In this document: piece after piece, positions 8,525-19,230 of the stretch | How positions within the stretch are numbered: position 1 is the stretch's first letter | Layout: each line of letters starts with the position of its first letter | Origin: an uncultured Chloroflexia bacterium | Lineage (GTDB): Bacteria; Chloroflexota; Limnocylindria; QHBO01 | DNA: 64,000 bases | Direction of reading: 5' to 3' | Assembly (NCBI GenBank): GCA_963825525.1 | Contig: CAWGTN010000002.1 | Span: 1,792,001 to 1,856,000 of the forward strand | Made by a program: the position numbers and the translations under genes | The notes under the pieces: generated by a model | Told to the model about the DNA's origin: nothing | Seen by the model: only the letters and a program-made list of their open reading frames with translations | The model's database searches: none

Positions 8525-9724
8525 ATGCGCGCCCACAAGATCACGATGCTCGGCACCGGCCTGATCGGTGACTTCTACACCGCCACGCTCCACGGACAGC
8601 GCGGGCGCGACCGGGTCCAGGTCGTCTACTCCCGGACCGAGGAGCGCGGGGCCGCATTCAGCGAGCGTTGGGGGATTCCCGAGCACACCACGGACCTTGT
8701 GGCTGCGGTCAACCATCCGGACACCGACGTCGTGGTGGTCGGCCTGCCGAACCACCTCCACGTGGAGGCGGTGACGGCGGCAGCGGCGGCGGGCAAGCCG
8801 GTGCTGTGCACGAAGCCGCTCGGCCGCAACGCCCAGGAGGCCCGGCAGATCCTCGAGACGGTCGAGAAGGCCGGCGTCTTCGGTGGCTACCTCGAGGACC
8901 TGTGCTACACGCCGAAGTCGCTCAAGGCCTTCAAGGCCGTGGAGGGTGGCGCGCTCGGCGACATCACCTGGGTCCGTTCGCGCGAGACCCATCCCGGACC
9001 GCACTCTGCCTGGTTCTGGGACGGTCGGCTCACCGGCGGTGGGGCGATCATCGACCTCGGTTGCCACTGCATCGAGATCATTCGGAACTTCGTGGGCAAG
9101 GGGAACCGGCCGGTCGAGGTCATGTGCCACACCGACACCCTCGTGCACCCGATCGACGACGAGGACAACGCCATCGCCCTCATCCGATTCGAGTCCGGGG
9201 CCATCGGTCAGTTCGAGGTCAGCTGGACCTTTCGCGGCGGGATGGACCTGCGCGACGAGGTGGCGGGCACGCACGGCACGATCTGGCTCAACCACTTCCT
9301 GCGCACCGGGTTCGAGATGTTCACGGCCGGCGGACAGGGCGGCTACGTCGCGGAGAAGGCGGAGACGAGCGCCGGCTGGCTGTTTCCGGTGGGCGACGAG
9401 GCGAGTGAGCTCGGCTATGTCGACATGTTCAGCGACATGTTCAACGCCATCGACTCCGGCGGTCAGCCGCGCGAGACCATGTACGACGGGTACATCGTCA
9501 ACGAGATCATGGACGCCTGTTTCCGATCGGCGAAGAGCCGAACCTGGGAGCCGGTGGAGCTGTTCGAATGGCGCGGCGGCAGCACCGAGCGCATCGGCCG
9601 CGATCCGGAGCTCCACGACGGCAAGGTCGTCATCAAGCGCGAAACGCTGCCCGACGGCCGCGTGAAGATGATCCTCAAGGATCCCGAGTCGGGGGACTTC
9701 GCCGACGTGGTGGTCGCCGGCTGA
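8525..9724 (+). CDS. Gfo/Idh/MocA family oxidoreductase
   Basis: GTGLIG Rossmann motif, [22 protein letters not shown]; GGAGG upstream. Confidence 0.9.
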   Translation: MRAHKITMLGTGLIGDFYTATLHGQRGRDRVQVVYSRTEERGAAFSERWGIPEHTTDLVAAVNHPDTDVVVVGLPNHLHVEAVTAAAAAGKPVLCTKPLGRNAQEARQILETVEKAGVFGGYLEDLCYTPKSLKAFKAVEGGALGDITWVRSRETHPGPHSAWFWDGRLTGGGAIIDLGCHCIEIIRNFVGKGNRPVEVMCHTDTLVHPIDDEDNAIALIRFESGAIGQFEVSWTFRGGMDLRDEVAGTHGTIWLNHFLRTGFEMFTAGGQGGYVAEKAETSAGWLFPVGDEASELGYVDMFSDMFNAIDSGGQPRETMYDGYIVNEIMDACFRSAKSRTWEPVELFEWRGGSTERIGRDPELHDGKVVIKRETLPDGRVKMILKDPESGDFADVVVAG

Positions 9725-9866
9725 CCCGCGCGCGCGACCCGCGCGCGCGACCCGCGCGACGGCTGCCGAGTCCGTGCACCTATGCGTCCCGGCTGGCGTG
9801 TGGCATAGTCCGCCCGTCGAATCCCTCTCGAGCTATCCGATGGGCGCCACTCGCCACGTCGCCTTC

Positions 9867-10319
9867 ATGCGACTCCTGGTCGTGCCAGCGATGCTGGCGG
9901 CCGGCTGCGGCCCCCTCGGCATCACCGGATCGGCACCTGACTCGCGGGCTCCCGGGTTCCCATCATCGGATGTGGTCGGGTTCGAGCCGGGGTGGGAGGT
10001 GGTGTCGACCGCGTCGCACGGACCGGGCGGGGACGAAGTGCGCGAGCTCGCGCTCGTCCGCGGAGGGACGTATGGGCAGGTCGGGTTCGCGTGCGATGGC
10101 AACGGGACGATGAGCATCGTGGTGCGCGACGCATCCGCGGCACCCGGAGACGACAGCCAGGTCGCGTCGGTGAGCGCCGAATGTCGATCCACGGTGGTGC
10201 ACTTCGACTTCCCTGGCCCCGACCATGACGCCGCACTCATGCTTGACGTGACCGCCGACGGAGCTTCCCGCTACTGGGCGCTGCTCGCCGTACCCGGAGA
10301 TCGCGTCGCCTCAGATTGA
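9867..10319 (+). CDS. Hypothetical lipoprotein
   Basis: MRLLVVPAMLAAGC lipobox, a further Cys pair (FACDG, AECRS); start uncertain (9840 or 9867). Confidence 0.55.
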   Translation: MRLLVVPAMLAAGCGPLGITGSAPDSRAPGFPSSDVVGFEPGWEVVSTASHGPGGDEVRELALVRGGTYGQVGFACDGNGTMSIVVRDASAAPGDDSQVASVSAECRSTVVHFDFPGPDHDAALMLDVTADGASRYWALLAVPGDRVASD

Positions 10320-11603
10320 TCCGCCAGCGACCAGGAGGTCCTCGGTCACGTCCGCCGGCTCGCCGGCATGCAGCCACCGCCCGATGGCGTCCCTCGCGAA
10401 CAGCTGCTCGACCACCATCGCCGATGCGCCGATGACCCCCGCCAGTGCGCCCAGCGACGACCGTTCGATGATCAGGTCTCGCGTGGCCAACGGCAGCGAG
10501 CGCCGATAGACCGTTTCCCGTATGGCGGCCAGCAGCTGATCACCACTCTGCGCAACTCCGCCCCCGATCACGACCAGCGACGGGTTGAAGAAGTTGACGA
10601 GGCTGGCCAGCGTCAGGCCGACACGGTCGCCGGCCGCGTGCAGGAGCGCCACCGCCTCCGCGTCCCCGAAGGACGCAGCTCGCGCCACGTCCTCGGCCGT
10701 CACGCGACCTCGCTGGTCGAGCGCCGCCCGCAACCGCTCGCTGCGATCCTGGTGCGCCAGCGCCTCGCCCTGTCGAGCCAGCGCCGAACCGCCGGCGAGC
10801 GCTTCCAGGCAGCCGATGTTCCCGCATCGGCACACGATCGACCGATCGTCGACGACCTGGATGTGGCCGACGTCGCCCGCGGCCCCCTGCGCCCCGCGGT
10901 GGATGCGGCCGTTCGAGATGATGCCCGCGCCGATTCCGGTCCCGACCTTCACGACGATCACGTTGTCGTGCCCGACGGCGATCCCGGCCCGCCACTCACC
11001 CAGGGCCAGGAGGTTGACGTCGTTGTCGACCCAGACCGGCGCCGCGTGACGCTTCGCGAACCGCTCGCGCACCGGGTAGCCGTCCCAGCCGGGCATGATC
11101 GGCGGCGAGATGGGCCGCCCGCTCCGGAACTCGACGGGTCCCGGAACGCCGATGCCGATGCCCCACAGCCGGCCGGGCAGGTCACGCGTCGCCGTGGTGA
11201 GCTCGTCGAACAGCTGGCCGACGCGATCGAGGCACCGCTCCGGACCGTCCGCCACGTCGGCCGGCTCGTCGCGATGGCCCAGGATCCGCCCGTCGAGGTC
11301 GGTGACCGCGACATCGATGCTGGTCGCTCCGAGGTCGGCGACCAGGACGTGGCCGGCGTCGGCCCGGAAGCTGATCTGGCGCGGCGGCCTGCCGCCGGTG
11401 CTCGGACCGACCTCGCCCTCGACCACGAGTCCGGCATCGATCAATTCGTTGACCCGCTGGGCAACCACGCCACGGCTCAGCCCGGTGCGTGCGACGAGCT
11501 CCGCCCGCGAGCGCGAGCGCGCCGAACGGATCTCGTCGAGGACCGACGAGAGCGTGTCGAGCGCCTCCTCGATCGGCGCCTGGGCCACGACGGATTCGTC
11601 CAT
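10311..11603 (-). CDS. ROK family transcriptional repressor (NagC/XylR-like)
   Basis: N-terminal HTH (SRAELVARTGLS), GGRP, DLGAT, GIGVPGPV, DNDVN, CRCGNIGCLE zinc motif. Confidence 0.93.
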   Translation of the reverse strand: MDESVVAQAPIEEALDTLSSVLDEIRSARSRSRAELVARTGLSRGVVAQRVNELIDAGLVVEGEVGPSTGGRPPRQISFRADAGHVLVADLGATSIDVAVTDLDGRILGHRDEPADVADGPERCLDRVGQLFDELTTATRDLPGRLWGIGIGVPGPVEFRSGRPISPPIMPGWDGYPVRERFAKRHAAPVWVDNDVNLLALGEWRAGIAVGHDNVIVVKVGTGIGAGIISNGRIHRGAQGAAGDVGHIQVVDDRSIVCRCGNIGCLEALAGGSALARQGEALAHQDRSERLRAALDQRGRVTAEDVARAASFGDAEAVALLHAAGDRVGLTLASLVNFFNPSLVVIGGGVAQSGDQLLAAIRETVYRRSLPLATRDLIIERSSLGALAGVIGASAMVVEQLFARDAIGRWLHAGEPADVTEDLLVAGGSI

Positions 11604-11641
11604 TCGCCCGCGATGATACGGCGGAATGGCCTTGGACGGAA

Positions 11642-11666
11642 ACTTTTGCGCTTGACAGGCCGAAGT
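11642..11666. promoter_or_regulatory. Candidate ROK operator ACTT-N17-AAGT enclosing TTGACA
   Basis: ACTTTTGCGCTTGACAGGCCGAAGT in the divergent intergenic region. Confidence 0.55.
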
Positions 11667-11748
11667 ACCATTCGTAGGTGCATTCCCCGGGCTTTCGTTG
11701 GCATCCCCGTGCGTCCAGGTTATCTAGACGTCTAGATGCGGACCGTCG

Positions 11749-12909
11749 GTGACGAGCCCCAGCCGCATCGGCGCCGCCGTCATCGGCAGCGGGTTCATCG
11801 GCACGGTGCACGTCGAGGCGCTTCGTCGGCTCGGCGTGCAGGTGCACGGGCTGCTGGGCTCCAGCCCCGAGCGCGCGGCCCAGCGAGCTGAGCAGCTGGG
11901 AGTGCCACGTGGATACGCGAGCCTCGACGAGCTGCTCTCCGACGATCGCGTCGAGGTGGTCCACGTCACCAGCCCCAATCACCTTCACCACGACCAGGTG
12001 CGCGAGGTGCTCGCGGCCGGCCGTCACGTGGTGTGCGAGAAGCCGCTGGCCATGACCTCCGAGGAATCGGCTGACCTCGTGGCCCTGGCCGCCGACAGCG
12101 GACGAGTGGCCGCGGTGAACTTCAACATCCGCTTCTATCCACTGAACCAGCACGCGCGCGAGCTCGTCGCCGGCGGCGCCCTCGGCGACGTCCGGCTGGT
12201 CACGGGCCGGTATTTCCAGGACTGGCTGCTGCACGCGACCGATTGGAACTGGCGCCTCGAGCCCGATCGCGGCGGGGCGCTTCGGGCGGTGGGTGACATC
12301 GGCTCACACTGGCTCGACCTCCTGACCTTCATCACCGGCCAGCGCATCGTGTCGGTGATGGCCGACCTTGCCACCTTCATCCCGATGCGCAGCCAGCCGT
12401 CGGGGCCGGTGGAGACGTTCTCCACGGAGCGCGCCACCGATACCGTCGAGCGGAAGATCGTGACCGAGGACACCGCAACGATCCTCCTTCGATTCGAGGG
12501 AGGGGCACGGGGATCCGTGGCCATCAGCCAGCTCAGCCCCGGACGGAAGAACTCGCTCCAGTACGAGGTCGACGGCTCGGAAAGCGCGGCGGCCTGGGAC
12601 TCGGAGCAGCCCGATCAGCTGTGGATCGGTCATCGGGACCGACCGAACGAGATCCTGATTCGCAACCCGGCGCTCATGGGTCCGGCCGCCGCCGCGGCGG
12701 CCGCGTTGCCGGCCGGGCACGTCGAGGGCTTCGCCGATACGTTCCGCGCGCTGTTCAACGCCATCTACACCGACGTGATGGCCGGTGCGCCCGCCGCCCG
12801 GCCCGCCTACGCGACCTTTGCCGACGGGCACGACGAGATGCTCGTCGGCGATGCCGTGGCGATCAGTGCTCGAGAGGGCCGATGGGTCGACGTGGTACGT
12901 GCCGCATGA
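11749..12909 (+). CDS. Gfo/Idh/MocA family oxidoreductase
   Basis: GSGFIG, SPNHLH, VCEKPL, YFQDWL, GDIGSHWLD, GHVEGF. Confidence 0.92.
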   Translation: MTSPSRIGAAVIGSGFIGTVHVEALRRLGVQVHGLLGSSPERAAQRAEQLGVPRGYASLDELLSDDRVEVVHVTSPNHLHHDQVREVLAAGRHVVCEKPLAMTSEESADLVALAADSGRVAAVNFNIRFYPLNQHARELVAGGALGDVRLVTGRYFQDWLLHATDWNWRLEPDRGGALRAVGDIGSHWLDLLTFITGQRIVSVMADLATFIPMRSQPSGPVETFSTERATDTVERKIVTEDTATILLRFEGGARGSVAISQLSPGRKNSLQYEVDGSESAAAWDSEQPDQLWIGHRDRPNEILIRNPALMGPAAAAAAALPAGHVEGFADTFRALFNAIYTDVMAGAPAARPAYATFADGHDEMLVGDAVAISAREGRWVDVVRAA

Positions 12910-12937
12910 ACCAGATCACGAACGTGGAGGATCCTCG

Positions 12938-13852
12938 ATGAGGCTCGGCTTCCTGACGGCGCCATTCCCCGACACACCGCTGAGCGAGGTGGCGAGCTGG
13001 GCATCCGAGAGCGGCTTCGAGAGTCTCGAGATCGCGTGCTGGCCGCCGTCCAGCGGGAGCTCGCGCAAGTACGCCGGCACCTCGCACATCGACGTCACCG
13101 ACCTGTCGGCGCAGCGTGCGAGCGAGATCGTGGACGAGGTCACCGGCATGGGCCTCGCCATCTCCGGTCTGGGGTACTACCCGAACCCGCTCCACCCCGA
13201 CGACGAGGTGCGTGGCGCGGCCATCGCGCACATGAAGCTCGTCATCGAGGCGGCCTCGAAGATGGGCGTGCCCTTCTTCAACACCTTCATGGGCGGTGAT
13301 CCCCGAAAGAGCCAGGACGAGAACTGGGAGACGGCCCTCGAGATCTGGCCGGAGATCGCGGACCACGCTCGCGAGCACGGCGTGAAGATCACCATCGAGA
13401 ACTGCCCGATGATCTTCAGCCGCGACGAGTGGCCGGCCGGCAACAACATCGCCTGGTCGCCGTACATCTGGCGCAAGATCATCGATCAGTGGGGCGGGAC
13501 CATCGGCCTCAACTACGACCCGTCGCACCTCGTCTGGCTCATGATCGACCAGGCGCGCTTCATCCGCGAGTTCGGGCCACACATCCTCCACGTCCAGGCC
13601 AAGGACGTCCAGGTCGATCGCGACGGCCTGTACGAGCGCGGAACGCTGTCCGGTGGCATCGGCTGGCAGGTCCCCCGGCTGCCGGGCCTGGGTGACGCGG
13701 ACTGGAGCGAGATCTTCTCCGCCCTCTATCGCGCGAAGTACGACGGCGACATCATCATCGAGCACGAGGATCGCGATTTCGAGGGTAGCGACGAGCTCGT
13801 GAAGCGCGGATTCCTCATCGCGCGCGATGTCCTCCGACCCTGGATCAAGTGA
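12938..13852 (+). CDS. Sugar phosphate isomerase/epimerase (xylose-isomerase-like TIM barrel)
   Basis: GGAGG RBS; YYPNPL, IENCPM, NYDPSH, HVQAKD, IEHED metal ligands. Confidence 0.9.
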   Translation: MRLGFLTAPFPDTPLSEVASWASESGFESLEIACWPPSSGSSRKYAGTSHIDVTDLSAQRASEIVDEVTGMGLAISGLGYYPNPLHPDDEVRGAAIAHMKLVIEAASKMGVPFFNTFMGGDPRKSQDENWETALEIWPEIADHAREHGVKITIENCPMIFSRDEWPAGNNIAWSPYIWRKIIDQWGGTIGLNYDPSHLVWLMIDQARFIREFGPHILHVQAKDVQVDRDGLYERGTLSGGIGWQVPRLPGLGDADWSEIFSALYRAKYDGDIIIEHEDRDFEGSDELVKRGFLIARDVLRPWIK

Positions 13853-14608
13853 GTACCACCCACATGACGCTTTCCATCGACGACGTCACCGAGCGTCAGC
13901 TGGCCAAGACCATCGACCACTCACTGTTGCGCCCCGAGCTCGACGATGCGTTCGTCGAGGAGGGGTGCCGGCTGGCTGCCGAATACGACGTGGCGTCGGT
14001 GTGCGTGCGTCCGGCGGACGTTGCCCGTGCCCACCGGCTGCTGGACGGGACGGACGTCGCCGTCGGCACCACCATCGGCTTTCCCCATGGGAATCATCAG
14101 ACCGAGACAAAGGTGTTCGAGGCACAGCGCGCCCTCGCCGATGGCGCGACCGAGCTCGACATGGTGCTCCAGATCGGCGCGCTGAAGGCCGGTCGCGACG
14201 GCGATGTCCAGGCCGATATCGCGGCCGTGGTCGACGTGGCTCATGCTCGAGGGGCGATCGTCAAGGTCATCTTCGAGAACGCCTATCTCACCGACGACGA
14301 GAAGATCCGGGCCTGCCAGCTGGCCGAGGCCGCCGGCGCCGACTTCGTGAAGACCTCGACCGGATTTGCCCCCAGCGGAGCCACCCACGACGACCTGCGA
14401 CTCATGCGGGCCAACACTTCGCCGCACATCCAGGTCAAAGCCGCCGGAGGGGTTCGAACGCTGGACGACCTCCTCGCCGTCATGGCTCTCGGCGTGACTC
14501 GCATCGGCGCAACGCAGACCAAGCCGATTCTCGACGACTACCGATCGCGCGGACGTCGGGTGCGCGCCGCGATTGCAGCCGGCTACGTCGGACGGGAGCG
14601 CGTATTGA
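13849..14608 (+). CDS. deoC: Deoxyribose-phosphate aldolase (apparent +1 frameshift at about 14545-14585)
   Basis: IDHSLL, IGFPHG, ELDMV, KVIFE, FVKTSTGF, VKAAGGVR, RIG; the +1 frame ends ..SDGSAY* with the C-terminal Tyr typical of DERA. Confidence 0.85.
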
Positions 14609-15409
14609 ACGCGACGCCGACCGCAGTCCCGACCATGCGATGGGTCAATGAGGCATCCGCGCTCCTCGAGCGCTTCGTCTCCACCCAGGGCGAGGTCGAT
14701 CGAGCGCGCCAGCCAGTGGTGCGCCGATGCGATCGCCGCCGATGGGCTGGTCCACCTGTTCGGGACCGGCCACTCGCGGATCCCGGTCGAGGAGATGTTT
14801 CCTCGCTACGGCTCCTACCCCGGGTTCAACCCGATCGTCGAGCTGTCGATGACGTTTCACACCCAGGTGGTGGGCGCCAACGGCCAGCGGCAGGCGATGT
14901 TCATCGAACGGGTGCCGGGGCTGGCCGAAGTCATCCTGGGCAACTTCACATTCGGTCCGTCCGACGTGCTGATCGTGTTCTCGGCATCCGGTCTCACCGC
15001 CGTTCCGGTGGAGATGGCCCGTGGCGCCCGAGCTCGCGGCGTCCGCGTGATCGCCGTGACCTCAGTTCAGCAATCGATGTCGAGCGAGCCGCCACCCGAG
15101 GTTGGATCGCGTCTCCTTGACGAGGCGGACCTCGTCATTGACCTGTGCACGCCGCACGCGGATGCACTGGTCACGGTTGACGGGCTCGAGACCCCCGTCG
15201 GTCCCGGTTCGACGGTGACGGCCGTCGCCGTGGTGAATTCCCTCAAGGTCCGGATCGCCGAGCTCCTCGTCGAGCGTGGCAAGATGCCGCCCGTCATCAC
15301 CCGATCGTCGGTGGTGGGGGACGAGCGATCCCGGGAGCTGTTCGACAAGGCCTATCGAGAGCATGCCCGGCGCATCGCCCGTGCGATCGATCAGCAAGGA
15401 GGTGGGTGA
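14605..15409 (+). CDS. SIS-domain sugar isomerase family protein (apparent +1 frameshift at about 14695)
   Basis: GGAG plus TTG start overlapping the deoC stop; FGTGHS..EEMFPRYG, FSASG, VIAVTS, DLVID. Confidence 0.82.
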
Positions 15410-15497
15410 CGAAGCGACAGGCAGATGCAGAAACAATCGGAATTCACGATCGGATCGCTCCACTTGGGAGCATCGGTCATATGGAGGAGACTCATAC

Positions 15498-16616
15498 ATG
15501 CAGCAGATGAGAACGGTACGTAGCCTGGTCGCGGTCGCCGCGCTCGGGCTCGTCGTCTCAGCGTGCGGGGGCACCGGTTCGGGTTCACCCGACGCCACGG
15601 ATGGCGGCGGAGATGCGAACTACGTCATCGGCTATTCCAATGGCGGCGGCGTGGGCAACGGGTTCCGCGAGGAGCAGGTCTGCACCGCAAAGGCGGAGGC
15701 GCTGGCTCTCGGGGTCACCGAGCTCAACCAGATCCATCGCAACACCGACGCTGCCGGGCAGCTCTCGGACATCCGTGACCTGATCGCGGCCGGCGTCGAT
15801 GCCATCGTCTTCAACCCGAACGATCCGGAAGCGCTGAATCCGGCGCTCGAAGAGGCGAACGCGGAAGGGATCCGAACGGTCTCGGTGGATGCCTACGTGA
15901 CCAACGAGGACACGTACAACCTGTACAACAACCAGGTCAAGTACGCCGAGCTCGGAGCCCGCTGGCTGTTCGAGCAGCTCGGCGGCGAGGGCACGGTCTA
16001 CTACATGCGCGGTCTGGCCGGCCATCCGGCTGACTCCGACCGTGACATCGGGTTCAAGAACGTCCTCGAGGAGTTCCCGAACATCACCGTCGTCCCGAAC
16101 GAGGACGGTGTCTTCACCGGCTGGGATCCGGCGACGACCACCCAGCTGATCAATGACTTCATCGCCAGCGGTGACTACGACGGCATCGACGGCATCTGGA
16201 CGTCCGGCATGGACTCCCAGGTCGTCGACGCAATCAAGGCCGCCAACAAGGACTTCGTGCCGATCGTCGGCGCGGACCTTGGCGCATTCGTTGCGCAGCT
16301 GCTCGATGAGGAGGGCTACCCGGGCCTCGAGGGCGCGGCGGTGACCAACACCGCGGCCGTCGGTGGTGCCGGCGTCAACCTGGCAGTGAAGCTCCTGAAC
16401 GGTGACGATGTTGAAACCGCCGAGGGGGCGGATCAGCCGAACACCGTCCTTCTCGACCCGGTGCTCGCGGAGAACACCAGCGACGAGGGCAAGGATCTCC
16501 TGAGCTCATGGCAGGTCGACGGACTCGATCCCCTGTGGCCGCTTGGCCTCGAGATCGAGGGCTGGACGACCTACACCCCCGAGCAGGCCGTTGCCTGCGA
16601 GGGACCGGGCGAGTAG
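15498..16616 (+). CDS. Sugar ABC transporter substrate-binding lipoprotein (RbsB-like)
   Basis: GGAGGA RBS; lipobox VSAC; IGYSN...GNGFR, GVDAIVFNP. Confidence 0.9.
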   Translation: MQQMRTVRSLVAVAALGLVVSACGGTGSGSPDATDGGGDANYVIGYSNGGGVGNGFREEQVCTAKAEALALGVTELNQIHRNTDAAGQLSDIRDLIAAGVDAIVFNPNDPEALNPALEEANAEGIRTVSVDAYVTNEDTYNLYNNQVKYAELGARWLFEQLGGEGTVYYMRGLAGHPADSDRDIGFKNVLEEFPNITVVPNEDGVFTGWDPATTTQLINDFIASGDYDGIDGIWTSGMDSQVVDAIKAANKDFVPIVGADLGAFVAQLLDEEGYPGLEGAAVTNTAAVGGAGVNLAVKLLNGDDVETAEGADQPNTVLLDPVLAENTSDEGKDLLSSWQVDGLDPLWPLGLEIEGWTTYTPEQAVACEGPGE

Positions 16617-16630
16617 TACCCGGATCCACC

Positions 16631-16665
16631 ACGGGGGCTGTCGGTGATGCCGGCAGCCCCCGTTT
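16631..16665 (+). terminator. Stem-loop after the substrate-binding protein gene (mRNA stabiliser or partial terminator)
   Basis: ACGGGGGCTGTCGG-TGATG-CCGGCAGCCCCCGT-TT. Confidence 0.65.
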
Positions 16666-16684
16666 CAACCACCACGAGAAGGTC

Positions 16685-18229
16685 ATGACAGCGACGACCA
16701 CCGATCTCCTGCTCGAGGCCTCCGGGGTCTCGAAGGCCTACGGTGCCGTGGTGGCGTTGCGCTCGGCCTCGCTCTCGGTACGCCCGGGCGAGGTGCATGC
16801 CCTGATGGGGGCGAACGGCGCCGGCAAGAGCACATTCGTCAAGATCCTGACCGGCGCGGTGCGACCCGACACGGGCCGAATCGCCGTCCGCGGTCGCGAG
16901 CGAACCGCCCACTCCCCGCTGGAGGCGCGGCGCGGCGGTGTGATCAGTGTCTACCAGGAACCATCCCTCATCCCCGACCTGGACATCAGGTCCAATCTGC
17001 GCCTGACCGAGACGCCGATGGAGCCCTTCCGTCACTGGCTCGCCGAGCTCGGCCTTCCCAACCTGGACGTGATGCAGCCCGCGCGAAACCTGCCGCTTGC
17101 TTCGCTGCGCATCATCGACCTGGCGCGCGCCATCGCGTTCGAGCCGGACGTGATCATGCTCGACGAGATGACTGCGGCGCTGCCGGCAAACCTCACCGAA
17201 CACGTCCTCGAGGTCATCGGTCGGCGTCGCGGCGGCGAGGGATCCGTGATCTTCATCTCACACCGCATGATCGAGATCGCATCGGTCTGCGACCGCGCCA
17301 CCGTGCTGCGCGAAGGCGAGACCGTCGGCGTCGTCGATGTCGCCGAGGGCTCCGAGGAACGAATCGTCGAGCTCATGCTCGGCGAGAACGCCGTGGACGC
17401 ACCGGGCCGCCGGAGCTCGAGCTCGACCGAGACGGCCGGCGACGTGACTCCGCATCTATCTCTGCGCGAACTCACCAAGGGCACGAAGCTCAAGGGCGTG
17501 TCCTTCGACCTGCGACCGGGCGAGGTCCTCGGCGTCGTGGCGCTCGAGGGCCAGGGCCAGGACGAGCTGTTCGACATCCTGGCCGGCGCGGATCGGCCGG
17601 ACGGCGGCGAGCTCAGCGTCGACGGCGCGCCCGTCTCGTTCCGCCATCCCGCCGATGCCATCCGCGCGGGCGTGGTCTACGTGGCGGCCGACCGCGCCGA
17701 GGCGCTCCTCATGCAGCGGTCCGTTCGCGAGAACATTGCGCTGCCCTTCAGCGCGCACCCCGGCAGCTGGGGGCTGATCGACGTCGCCGCCGAGCGGCGG
17801 ACCATCGACGAGGCGGTCGCCACCCTGCAGATCGACGCGCGCGCCGGAAACGAGGTCCGGCGCCTCTCCGGCGGGAACCAGCAGAAGGTGACCATCGCCC
17901 GTTGGGTCGCCCGCGGCATCCGGACGATGCTGTGCTTCGATCCGACGCGCGGGATCGACATTCGAACCAAGAACCAGATCTATCGGCTGCTCCGCGACCT
18001 GGCCGCCTCCGGCGCATCAGTCCTCTTCTACACCTCGGAGCTCAAGGAGATCCAGCTTGCCTGCGACCGAGCCGTGGTGATCTTCGGCGGAGAGGTGGTG
18101 GACGAGCTCGATGCGGCCGATGCCGACGAGACCACGCTTCTTCGAGCGGCTCACAACCTGCCTGCCGACGAGACAGGCGAAAGCCCGCCGAGCAGCGATG
18201 GCGCCGCCGGAGGCGAGGCAGGGACATGA
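16685..18229 (+). CDS. Sugar ABC transporter ATP-binding protein (two NBDs, RbsA-like)
   Basis: GANGAGKST, LDE, ISH; second NBD LSGGNQQK, DPTRGID. Confidence 0.93.
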   Translation: MTATTTDLLLEASGVSKAYGAVVALRSASLSVRPGEVHALMGANGAGKSTFVKILTGAVRPDTGRIAVRGRERTAHSPLEARRGGVISVYQEPSLIPDLDIRSNLRLTETPMEPFRHWLAELGLPNLDVMQPARNLPLASLRIIDLARAIAFEPDVIMLDEMTAALPANLTEHVLEVIGRRRGGEGSVIFISHRMIEIASVCDRATVLREGETVGVVDVAEGSEERIVELMLGENAVDAPGRRSSSSTETAGDVTPHLSLRELTKGTKLKGVSFDLRPGEVLGVVALEGQGQDELFDILAGADRPDGGELSVDGAPVSFRHPADAIRAGVVYVAADRAEALLMQRSVRENIALPFSAHPGSWGLIDVAAERRTIDEAVATLQIDARAGNEVRRLSGGNQQKVTIARWVARGIRTMLCFDPTRGIDIRTKNQIYRLLRDLAASGASVLFYTSELKEIQLACDRAVVIFGGEVVDELDAADADETTLLRAAHNLPADETGESPPSSDGAAGGEAGT

Positions 18230-19230
18230 CCGCATCGACGCGTGCGCGCACTCCCGCGTCCGGCATGCCTTCGCAGGCCATCGCCCGCTGGGCGCGCCGC
18301 AACGCGTGGCCGCTCGGCCTGCTGGCCTTCCTCTTCCTCCTGATCCTCTTCACGCGGATGATCCAGCCGCGCTACGGCGTGGCCGGCATCCAGGGGCTCG
18401 CCATCTCCGTGCTGCCGCTGGCGCTCGCCGCGGTCGCCCAGGCCGTGGTCATCATCTCCGGCGGCATCGACCTCTCGATCGGTTCGGTCATGGCATTGAC
18501 GAGTGTCGTGTCGGCGACCCTGATGGACGGTCAGAGCGCCGAGGTCGCGATTCTGGTCGTCATCGGCGTGCTGATTCTCGGCCTCGTGATCGGCGCGATC
18601 AACGGGGCCGTGGTCGTGATCACGAAGGTACCGGACATCGTCGTGACCCTGGCCATGCTCTTCATATGGGCCGGGCTCGCCCTCGTCGTGCGCTCGGCGC
18701 CCGGTGGGGGAGCGGCCGAATGGCTTCGCTCGCTCGTGCTCGGCTCGGTCGGCGTCGAGTGGGTGCCGAAGGCGGCCCTCGTCCTCGTCGTCGTGGTGGC
18801 CGCGGTCTGGATCCCGCTCTCGCGCTCGCGGATCGGGCTCTCCTTCTACGCGATCGGCAGCGACTCGCTGGCGGCATATCGCAGCGGCGTCTCGATCGGG
18901 CGGACGAAGATCCTGGCGTACGCGGTGGCCGGCCTCTTCGCGGCGCTCGGCGGCATCTCGCTCACCGCCAGCACCGGGATCGGGACGCCGGTGCCGGGCC
19001 CGTACACCCTTCTGAGCGTCGCGGCCGTCGTCCTCGGAGGCGTCAGCCTGGCCGGTGGTCGCGGAGGGGTCTTCGGGCCGATCGTGGGCGTCTTCGTGCT
19101 GCAGCTCATCCGAACCGACATGACATTCCTGAACATCAACACCAATCTCGCGGTTGTATCCCAGGGCGCCATCCTCATCGGCGTGGTGATGGTCGGCAGC
19201 CTCATCGAGCTTCGGAGGGCGCGGGCATGA
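18226..19230 (+). CDS. Sugar ABC transporter permease (RbsC-like)
   Basis: GGIDLSIG, FYAIG..AA..SG, AAVVLGGVSLAGGRG. Confidence 0.92.
   Translation: MTASTRARTPASGMPSQAIARWARRNAWPLGLLAFLFLLILFTRMIQPRYGVAGIQGLAISVLPLALAAVAQAVVIISGGIDLSIGSVMALTSVVSATLMDGQSAEVAILVVIGVLILGLVIGAINGAVVVITKVPDIVVTLAMLFIWAGLALVVRSAPGGGAAEWLRSLVLGSVGVEWVPKAALVLVVVVAAVWIPLSRSRIGLSFYAIGSDSLAAYRSGVSIGRTKILAYAVAGLFAALGGISLTASTGIGTPVPGPYTLLSVAAVVLGGVSLAGGRGGVFGPIVGVFVLQLIRTDMTFLNINTNLAVVSQGAILIGVVMVGSLIELRRARA

Noticed and set aside
9723-9760. Tandem repeat GACCCGCGCGCGC, about 2.7 copies
   Set aside because: Very short low-complexity GC repeat after a stop codon; likely slippage or read noise.
5522-10319. Genomic island integrated at tRNA-Gln
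   Set aside because: No integrase, no duplicated tRNA 3' end seen in the window, and no clear compositional shift.
13849-15120. 423-aa extended DeoC, or DeoC-SIS fusion, in the ORF track
   Set aside because: A +1 shift restores a typical Tyr-ending DeoC C-terminus with a TTGA overlap and an RBS for a separate SIS gene.
16685-18229. Degenerate signature in NBD1 and degenerate Walker A/B in NBD2 of the ABC ATPase
   Set aside because: Normal asymmetry of RbsA/MglA-type fused ATPases.
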